A DNA stretch of 13,494 nucleotides from an uncultured Nitrososphaeraceae archaeon (GTDB lineage: Archaea > Thermoproteota > Nitrososphaeria > Nitrososphaerales > Nitrososphaeraceae). The position numbers were made by a program, and so were the translations under genes. The notes beneath the pieces were generated by a model. That model did not search any database, was not told where the DNA came from, and saw nothing but the letters and a program-made list of their open reading frames with translations. Positions 1 through 8,041 of this stretch are shown piece by piece. The first letter of the stretch is position 1. Every line of letters begins with the position of its first letter. Where the stretch lies: assembly GCA_963825865.1 (NCBI GenBank), contig CAWGVG010000001.1, forward strand, positions 1 through 13,494, given 5' to 3'.

Positions 1-140
1 TCACTTATTGCTTCTATGTCATTTTGGGGAATTACTACATCTATTTTAATCATGGAATAGATATGATGACATGTTATCTTATGTTAAAAAACATTTCTCG
101 AATTTCCTTAGCAATATTAGCATTTATTATAAGAACAATT

Positions 141-150
141 ATATTTATAA
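141..150 (+). promoter_or_regulatory. Putative TATA box of amt
   Basis: TTTATAA at 144-150, about 21-27 nt upstream of GTG 171. This spacing fits a leaderless archaeal transcript, but the background is AT-rich. Confidence 0.35.
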
Positions 151-170
151 TACAAATATTTAAAAAACTC

Positions 171-1421
171 GTGCCAATAAACTCTGGCGATACTGCTTGG
201 ATGCTTATAGCTTCCAGCCTTGTATTATTGATGATTCCTGCTCTTCGGATTATTTGGAGCAGGATTACTACGGAGAAAGAATACAGTTTCCATCTTTATG
301 CAGATCTTTTTTTGGAATGGCACTTTTGAGTGTCATGTGGTTTATATTTGGGTTCAGTCTGACGTTTGGACCTGATTCTGCCAGGTCTTGTTGGCAATCT
401 AGATTGGACATTTCTTAAAGGTGTGCCTTTTGATAGTTCGCTTAAATATGCACCAACTATTCCGGGAGTTCTGTTTGTAAAATTCGAAATGATGTTTGCA
501 GTAATTACTCCATTATTGTTAACTGGAGCAATATAAGAGGAACGAATGAAGTTTAGTGCATATGTTCTTTTCATTGCAGATTTGGAGTTTTCTAATATAC
601 TATCCGCTCGTACACTGGATATGGGGTGCGGGTGGCTTGGTAAATTAGGAGTTTTTGACTTTGCAGGTGGAATTGTAATTCACACAAGTGCAGGAATGGG
701 AGCGCTTGCTGCACTTCTGGTCTTGGGAAAAGATCAAATTATGGTCCATCGATCATGGTTCCGCATAGTATACCAATTGCTGTTCTAGGATTTTCGCTTT
801 TATGGTTGGGTTGGTTTGGATTTAACGCTGGAAGTGCATTGGCTTCTGGTGGAGTAGCTGGAAATACTGTAATTGTTACACATATGGCTTCGGCGGTCTC
901 TGCTCTGGTATGGGTTGCACTTTCTTGGATGAGAACCCACAAACCGAGTGTAATCTGCAATAAATGGTGCTATAGCAGGTCTTGCTGGAATAACTCCTGC
1001 ATCAGGATACGTAAGCGTAGAACATGCCTTTGCAATTGGATTGGCTATCGGTGTTGCGTCATATATGGGAGTAATCTTTTTAAAAGAAAGGCTAAGGATA
1101 GATGATGCACTAGATGTAAGCTCAGTATATGGCATTGCTGGAATTATCGGATCTCTTGCAATTGGCATTTTTGCAAGCTCCCTAATAAACCCTGCAGGCC
1201 CAAACGGATTATTATTCGGTAATGCACATCAGCTTCTGGTTCAAGCTATAGGAGTTGGTGTCGCAGGAACATTGGGTTTTGGAGGAACTTTCATAATAAT
1301 GAAAGCCATAGATGTCTTGATAGGCGTTAGAGTTTCACATGAGACAGAAGAAAGGGGTCTTGACATTGAAGAACATGCTGAGCGTGCCTATACTGATGAA
1401 GGTGACTTTGAAAAGATCTAG
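171..1421 (+). CDS. amt: Ammonium transporter (Amt family), broken by about 7-8 lesions
   Basis: Joining frames from GTG 171 gives MPINSGDTAWMLIASSLVLLMIPAL..GLLRRKN..FMQIFFG..FEMMFAVITP..ERMKF..YYPLVHWIWG..DFAGGIVIHTSAG..LWLGWFGFNAGS..NGAIAGLAGITPASG..IDDALDVSSVYG..EERGLDIEEHAERAY, all Amt motifs. Breaks lie near 246, 310, 382, 535 (in-frame TAA), 580, 628, 731 and 955. ORFs 24..329, 197..418, 546..788, 755..1105 and 1041..1421 are fragments of this gene. Confidence 0.95.
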
Positions 1422-1581
1422 AATTTAAAGTTTAAAATAAAAACATCTGAGGCCCTATTTTTTCCACATCTTAATAACATTGTCATCAAATTCGAACCAT
1501 GACTACCTACCTATTTTTCAACCAACCAATATTTACATTACAAATAATAAATAATTGCTTTCCAATCCTCTTAATTGAACC

Positions 1582-1925
1582 CTATATTGCACTATCGCCA
1601 CTTTTCTTCGTGCCTATGTCGTAAGCTTCTGTAACATCGTAGACAAATATTTTGCCATCATAAGCTGAGCCTTATTTATAATATTTAGAATATCGTCTAT
1701 AATCTGCTTTGCTTGTGAATCTGAAACCAGTATTCAACCTTTGTTCCAAGCCCAAACTCTGGGACATATTTCATTACACCTGTGCCTACGTATATTGGTT
1801 CATTTTTCGAACGGCCTCTGACCTTTGATATCATAAAATGTCATACCACCGACATTGTGCTTATGGAGAACTTCATTTAGCTCTCCTACGCGTTCGTGAG
1901 GAATTATTATATCTAATCTTTTCAT
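1582..1925 (-). CDS. glnK: P-II family nitrogen regulatory protein (GlnB/GlnK-like), about 3 frameshifts, absent from ORF track
   Basis: Manual translation from ATG 1925: MKRLDIIIPHERVGELNEVLHKHNVGGMTFYDIKG/RGRSKNEPIYVGTGVMKYVPEFGLGTKVE/ILVSDSQAKQIIDDILNIIN/KGSAYDGKIFVYDVTEAYDIGTKKSGDSAI*. Shows the P-II features GxT..xKGRG, a T-loop, the B-loop DGKIFV and a length near 113 aa. Convergent with amt. Confidence 0.9.
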
Positions 1926-2059
1926 CACGAATTATCTTAGCATATAAACGTAAATAATACGGTTCCGTTAAGTTACTTATGTAAGTATATATGTATGACT
2001 TTTATTACCTACTGTTATTGCGTTGTATTAGTAACAAAGAAAGAAAGAAAAATCTATTT

Positions 2060-2996
2060 CTAGAAGTTAATATTTCCCATCTTGCCATTACGATAGTCTT
2101 CTATTGCTTGAAGAATCTCTTCTTTGGTATTCATAACAAATGGACCATACCTTGCTACTGGTTCATTTAATGGAATTCCTCCTATGAGAAGCAAATCGAG
2201 TGGAGATTTGAGTATTACTAGCAGAAGCATTGATTGCTACTCCTTCTCCAGCTTTATTAAACGTCACCATCTGTCCTGTCTTTGCAACCTTTTGCTTTTC
2301 TGCAGGTCCAAATAAACCTTCACCGTCGATAACATAAGCAAATGTATTATACTCATTTGGAATCGGCTGTATCAATTTAGCTCCTGATTGAAGAGTAAAG
2401 TGAAGATAAAAGATAGGAATTCGCGTGTCTATTACCGCCCTAGAACCTAATGCTTCTCCCGCAATAACCTTAACTTTGATGCTACCATCATCATTCTGCG
2501 CTACAGGAATCTTTGCAGAGAGAACATCTTGATACTTTGGCTTTATCATCTTATCACGCTGTGGCAAATTGACCCACAACTGGAATGCATGTAAGCTTCC
2601 GCCAGTACGTAGAAACTGCTTTTCTGGCATCTCAGAATGAACAACACCTGCTCCAGCTGTCATCCATTGTACATCACCTGGCCCAAGCTTTCCTGAGTTT
2701 CCTCTAGAATCTTTATGTTCAAACTTTCCCTCAAGCATATAGGTAACAGTCTCAAATCCTCGATGAGGATAATCTGGTGCTCCTTTTGCCTCACCTGGCT
2801 TCCAATCTTTAGAACCCATTTCATCTAATAGAAGAAATGGATCAAAATCCAAAAGAGCATTAGTTGGAAATGGCCTATGGACAACGAAGCCACCACCCTC
2901 TGTTGTCTCTTCACTGTCTATAATACGAGAAACAGAATGCAAATGATATTGTTGTTTATCTTGTTTATCCAAACTTGTTGTTTCTATTTTTGTCAT
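2060..2996 (-). CDS. Pirin family protein (bicupin), one frameshift near 2210
   Basis: [24 protein letters not shown](Y)[41 protein letters not shown]. The Pirin_C tail [40 protein letters not shown] continues in a shifted frame to TAG at 2060-2062. Confidence 0.93.
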
Positions 2997-3000
2997 ACAT

Positions 3001-3029
3001 TAGTGGTATAGCAATAATACACTATTTAA
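3001..3029 (-). promoter_or_regulatory. Pirin promoter: TATA box plus overlapping imperfect inverted repeat (candidate operator)
   Basis: Minus-strand TTAAATA at 3023-3029, about 27 nt upstream of ATG 2996. TAGTGGTATA-GCAA-TATAATACTA (3001-3024, arms match 8/10) lies between the box and the start. Confidence 0.4.
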
Positions 3030-3297
3030 CTTCAGTAGTGTCATACAACTTAGTTAGTATTTAATACCATATCTAGTAAGTTGTAACTGACTGTTTTGGT
3101 GATTATAACCTTTGACTGCTTTGGAATCATGATTCCCACCCATGCTATGCTGTACTAAGCCATGTAGCCACAAATCTGTGTCAATGGTTCTACTTCACAT
3201 TAGAATACGCAAGTAGTTTCTTAAAAAGCGGAATTGAATGCACTACTGCTGGAAGTATTTGGTATTCAAACGATGCATCTGGTGCTTTATCTACGCA

Positions 3298-4974
3298 TCA
3301 ATCAATAATTGGATAGTTCTTATCTATTTCTGTATCTTCTTTAATATTTATGGTTTGTACTATCTCAGAGTAGATTAATGGTGTTGTTATTGTTGCAGAT
3401 GTCACTGAAAGAACTAGACTTGCCAAGTCAATTCTATAATAATCAAGTTTATCGGGATCGTATCTTTGTACTACCTCGATATTTTCTCCTCTTTTTACTC
3501 TCTGTTGGATAACATTACGATGTACATAACTTGACACATACAAATACCCCCGACGTTTTGCCTCTTTAAGGAATTCTATTCTAAGAATATGCCCACCAGT
3601 TTCTCCCCAGAAACCTGGCTTGATGCTAATCCATTCCATATACGCAGTATTCTTCTCTCCAAAATTCTCATCATGTGTACCACGCCTTAGCTGGTAATTC
3701 TCTAATGGCCCTCCTTTTACATAACCAACAATTTGTATAGATGTGTTGTCGTCTTTAACCCTAAGGGTAAGTAGGATCGTATCTTTATGATTGAGAGATT
3801 TCTTGAATCTTTGTTCATCCTTAATGCCTATTGGAAGATGTAATTCTCTGTATATGTCAACCACAGTTTCTCGTATATTGGGATCAAGAATATGTTTATC
3901 GTCGTCATCGTCATTTTCAGTTTTTATCTCTTCGACTACGGGAATGAGACTTGTTTTATTTCTTCTAATTGAACTTCTTATGTCCACCTCCTTGGCCCAT
4001 GCCTGTTTGAACGCTGCTATATTTTCAAAAAAGTTTTTCTGATACTCATCTGGTACACTATATATTACACTTTCGAACATTTCTTTTTCCTCCTTTAACA
4101 TGCTGAAGTACTTGACAGACTCTTCATGTATACGTGATGGATGCCAACCAAGCGCATGGGCATTTGTGCGTGCAAGTTCCATAGAATGTTCAAGATTACC
4201 TAAAGCATAGCCTGCAATACGTTCCGAAACAGACAAGAACCAGCCTAAATTTTTATAATGTTTCCTTGTTTCAGTATCGCTTTCGTCTATACCTGCATAT
4301 GTAAATAATTCCTCCATTCTCTTTTCTGCATGCTCTGCTATCTTGCCTTTAAAGGGATATGCTGTTCTATGGATTATTGCAATTACTATATCGATATTAA
4401 TCCCAACACCATCAATGAACTTTCTTATTTTGCCATCATTTCTTATAAACCACTCAACAGCATCTTCATTTGGTTTGTCAGATTGCTTTAATGGATCATA
4501 GTCATGAAAAAGAGCGGCTATAAATAGATATTTTATGTCTTCACTGAATTTATCATTCTCTATGCCTAGTCCTTCTTCTTCTTCTTCTTTGTTCTGCTGT
4601 CCGTTGGCTGCAAGCAAAGTAAAGTAAGCAGCTTCTAATTCATGATCTATATTGTGATAACCATAATAATCAGATCCTAATCCTTTTTTTGAGAATTCAG
4701 ATACTGCATGCCTTATTATTCTATGGAGCCATCTGTCTTGTAAATCCATTGTAGTACCCAGTTGAATTATTTTATCTTTGATAACGGCTTCCTTGGCAAT
4801 GCCTATATTGTAACGTATCCACCAAGGAAATAGCTTTAGTCGTTTGTAAAACTGGTACCAAGCGGGCAGGGGCTCGGCTAAAGGATTAGAAGGGGATGAC
4901 GGTTGCAAATCATTGTTGATATTGCTATTGGAATCATAGTTATTATTATTATTAACTTTGACTTGGGGCGACAA
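3298..4974 (-). CDS. HD-superfamily metal-dependent phosphohydrolase (class I PDE-like motifs) fused to C-terminal GNAT-like domain
   Basis: Intact 558-aa ORF. GYHNIDHELE and AALFHDYDP resemble the YHNxxH..xLxHD motifs of HD/PDEase folds. The C-terminus IVGYVKG...AYMEWISIKPGFWGETGGHILRIEFLKEAKRRGYLYV has GNAT motif-A-like layout. TTATATA lies about 26 nt upstream (5000-5006). Confidence 0.8.
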   Translation of the reverse strand: MSPQVKVNNNNNYDSNSNINNDLQPSSPSNPLAEPLPAWYQFYKRLKLFPWWIRYNIGIAKEAVIKDKIIQLGTTMDLQDRWLHRIIRHAVSEFSKKGLGSDYYGYHNIDHELEAAYFTLLAANGQQNKEEEEEGLGIENDKFSEDIKYLFIAALFHDYDPLKQSDKPNEDAVEWFIRNDGKIRKFIDGVGINIDIVIAIIHRTAYPFKGKIAEHAEKRMEELFTYAGIDESDTETRKHYKNLGWFLSVSERIAGYALGNLEHSMELARTNAHALGWHPSRIHEESVKYFSMLKEEKEMFESVIYSVPDEYQKNFFENIAAFKQAWAKEVDIRSSIRRNKTSLIPVVEEIKTENDDDDDKHILDPNIRETVVDIYRELHLPIGIKDEQRFKKSLNHKDTILLTLRVKDDNTSIQIVGYVKGGPLENYQLRRGTHDENFGEKNTAYMEWISIKPGFWGETGGHILRIEFLKEAKRRGYLYVSSYVHRNVIQQRVKRGENIEVVQRYDPDKLDYYRIDLASLVLSVTSATITTPLIYSEIVQTINIKEDTEIDKNYPIID

Positions 4975-5262
4975 AAGTTGTTTATAATGATGACATTCAT
5001 ATATAAGAATATTTAGTGTTTAACCTGATCGTAATCAAATTATTATAATAAAATTTGATTATTGCTATTTTTCAGATATAATTGAATATATTTTGAAAAA
5101 ACATCTCTGCTATCAGCCTACAGAAGGTGAGTAATAAGCGCTAACTATCACAATGATTTACAACAGACTAATGTATTCTGCTTTTATGTATATTCAAAAC
5201 ATGGTGTGAGCCTAATAATAAATTTTCATTTATAAACTACTAGTGTAATAAGTTATAAAAAC

Positions 5263-5700
5263 TCGACTTCTGGTAAATATTTCAACAAAGGAGTAAAAGC
5301 ACCGTATGCTCCCCACATAGACCACATAGTAAGAGGAACCTCTGCTAAAATTATAGTATTTGGAAGAGGAGGAAACGAGAGATATATGATATATATATCT
5401 ATTTCAACAAGTTGGTGGAAGTGTTCTCATCGGTTTTAGAATGTATGGCATTATAAACAAGTATAAAGTCAGTACAAAGATCCCATTACCTACAAGTCGC
5501 AAAGACCCATGGCTGGGCCTGATAGAATAGATCTTAATTATGATAGGGAATATTCAAAGTCTCTTTTCAATAAAGGGGAGGACAAAGAATGATCACATAG
5601 GACATGTTATGAAAGAGCATATGACACGATAGTTGTTTTTGGAGATTCTAACTATAGATTTGACATTCCAAAGTTTAAGATTATAACAGTACAAAAGTTG
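5263..5700 (+). pseudogene. Decayed copy of the two PRC-barrel-like repeats found at the cyclase N-terminus
   Basis: Broken frames read SGKYFNKGVKAPYAPHIDHIVRGTSAKIIVFG..VGGSVLIGF..KYKVSTKIPLPT..YDREYSKSLFNKG..DHIGHVMKE..DTIVVFGDSNYRFDIPK. An identical 20-mer CACATAGGACATGTTATGAA occurs at 5594-5613 and 6084-6103. Confidence 0.8.
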
Positions 5701-5737
5701 TTAGCAAATTTTATTGCTTATTATATACATAATAACA

Positions 5738-7217
5738 ATGATGACTACTGGGAAGTACTTTAATAGAGGAGTAATGGCATTGGATTCTCCGTATCTTGGG
5801 CACGTAGTAAGAGAAACTTATGACAAGATAGTTGTATTCGGTGAAGGAAATGATAGGTACGATATCCCAAAGTCTGAAATTCAAACAACAGGCAGAAACG
5901 TGTTAATAGGTCTTAATCTATCCGAGATTGCAAAAAGGTATAAAGTAAACCGTCAAGAACCATTGCCTACAACTGTACCCATTAGAACATTGGACCCAAG
6001 GAGAAAATCTAGACTTGGCAACTTATGAGAGAAAATATCCAAAATCATTATTTAACAAGGGAGTAAGAGTGCTAAATGAAGACCACATAGGACATGTTAT
6101 GAAGGAAACTGATGACAAGGTGGTGATATTTGGTAGCTATGGCTATAGATTTGATGTTCCAAAATCAATGATTAAAGAAGTTGGAAGAAATGTCATTCTG
6201 AACATGGACTTTCCAGAACTAGCTGCAAAATATAAGGTAGATAGGAATGCAGAGTTACCAACAGGGGAGCCTATTGATAAGATAAATGATCAGGCATATC
6301 CTGAAGAAGACCATCAGGAGATTAAAGAAGAATATCAACACGAGGAGGCAATAAAAACAACAAAATCTGGTTTAGTTTATCCTGAAGAGGAGGAGAAAGA
6401 GAAGCAGCAGATCATCACCCAATCAATTGCCAACATGCTAATGGGCAATAATAGCGATAATTATGATTCTAAAAATATTAAATCGTCATCAATAGCAACC
6501 GCTGCAGTAGAGATAGTCGATTCAGAAACGCTAGTAACTCAGACACAAGATAGAATGTGGAAGGCATTAGAAGGCCATTATCGATACGATTCATCTCTAA
6601 AGGATAGTCAAGGTTTCCTTCTTAATCATGTAAATTCAAAGATTCCACTTGTAGTCATGTATGCAGATTTAGTTGGCTCAACTAATATGAGCATGACATT
6701 GCCTGCTGAGAAGATGGTTACCATAATCAGAGCATTCACATATGAAATGACTTGCATTGTGCGGAGCTATGGTGGTTATGTGCTAAAATATGTAGGCGAT
6801 GCAGTAATTGCTTTTTTTCCGTCTGGCTACAACAAATTACTGGCCTGTGATAAGGCAGTCCAATGCGCGAAATCAATGATAACTGTAATTAAAAACGGAA
6901 TTAATCCCATATTAAATAAGTATGATTATCCGGAACTTGGTGTTAAGATAGGCATAGATGAGGGCGAGAATGTAATCGTACAGTATGGACACGATAAAAG
7001 CTCCTTAATTGACATTCTTGGATATGGTATGAGTATAACTGCAAAAATAACTTCATTAACCAATCCCGACAAAATTACAATAGGTAAAGATGTCTATGAC
7101 ATATTGCACCCAGAAATTAAAAGCAAATTCGCAGAAATTAAATATAATGTTGACAACTGGAAATACGCTGATAGACGTACTGGCAGGCTTTACAAACTTT
7201 ACACATTAACAGATTAG
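5738..7217 (+). CDS. Class III adenylate/guanylate cyclase domain protein with two N-terminal PRC-barrel-like repeats, one frameshift near 5983
   Basis: Catalytic motifs VMYADLVGST (Asp 6666-6668), LKYVGDAVIAFF (Asp 6798-6800), VKIGIDEG, DILG..SITAK. ORFs 5714..6028 and 6015..7217 join if one base is removed near 5983 (…PTTVPIEHWTQGENLDLATYERKY…). Likely start is ATG 5738 or 5741. Confidence 0.88.
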
Positions 7218-7517
7218 AAGTTACAATGGGCTAGAAGAATATTCACCTCCGTATTACTGGCCTCCATTTATTTTGGTTGAGATTGGGAATAATAAAGGAA
7301 GATTATTGTAATCAATCCAATAAGTTATAGAGAAACTACCTTCACTACCTACACCAAAGCCTTTTTCGTGCTCAAATTTAGTCTTTGGTTATTAAAACAA
7401 GATAATAATTGTAGATTTGTCATAAAACGTAACGTTGACTTGTACCAAGAATAAAACAAATAAGAATCTAACATGATAACTGATTTGAAAAAATACAGGC
7501 TCGTATCTCTTGGCTAT

Positions 7518-7740
7518 TTACCTTAGCTGTTCTCTTTTAGCAACTTTTATTATTCTTTCCTTGGCTAATACCACTGCAGTTATCGCTATGTAAGCGACTA
7601 GTGCTAATTCGCATACCATATCGATCGCATTAACATCCCCAGCTCTTCAAGTAACAGGATTCCCAGGGAATCATGTTATTACATGTAATATTATGAAACC
7701 TACATTTCCTGCAATTCCTAATAATAATCACCTACCGTAA
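7518..7740 (-). pseudogene. Remnant of a small membrane protein gene
   Basis: One frame reads YGR*LLLGIAGNVGFIILHVIT*FPGNPVT*RAGDVNAIDMVCELALVAYIAITAVVLAKERIIK…*: two hydrophobic helices around a PGNPxT-R loop, with three in-frame TGA stops and no 5' part. Confidence 0.5.
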
Positions 7741-7792
7741 TTTTTAGGAGTAAACAACTAACGGTAACGTCTTCTTTTTTTATTTAGCAAAT

Positions 7793-8041
7793 CTAGCAAG
7801 CATTTAGTCTTAAAGTGAAGTTATCATCAATTTCAATTAGTCCAGATCCTTTGAATAAATCCCAAATATTTAGACTAAGATATTCAGGACCCAGTCCCTG
7901 AACCTGCATATGTACCTCTTCTTGAGTAAAAGTTGGGTCTCTTCTATTCTTGTATTTACGGCAAATTTCTCTTAATATATAGTTCATAACCTTCACTTTT
8001 ATCTCGGGATCTGAGTCGACATTTGATATTCTATCAAACAT
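7793..8041 (-). CDS. Small hypothetical protein (possibly winged-helix-like)
   Basis: 82-aa ATG ORF with natural-looking composition. The ending WDLFKGSGLIEIDDNFTLRL resembles a recognition helix plus wing. No family recognised. Confidence 0.5.
   Translation of the reverse strand: MFDRISNVDSDPEIKVKVMNYILREICRKYKNRRDPTFTQEEVHMQVQGLGPEYLSLNIWDLFKGSGLIEIDDNFTLRLNAC

Noticed and set aside
296-1168. Minus-strand ORFs 296..574, 739..960 and 800..1168
   Set aside because: Antisense shadows of amt with no independent motifs.
171-1925. Programmed ribosomal frameshifting in amt or P-II
   Set aside because: Too many breaks, in mixed directions, without consistent slippery sites.
2124-4042. Plus-strand ORFs 2124..2315 and 3791..4042
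   Set aside because: Antisense to pirin and the HD-GNAT gene.
5738-7217. Pycsar/CBASS-type antiphage system
   Set aside because: No adjacent TIR, transmembrane or cNMP-binding effector in operon with the cyclase, and Lys/Asp specificity residues suggest a purine substrate.
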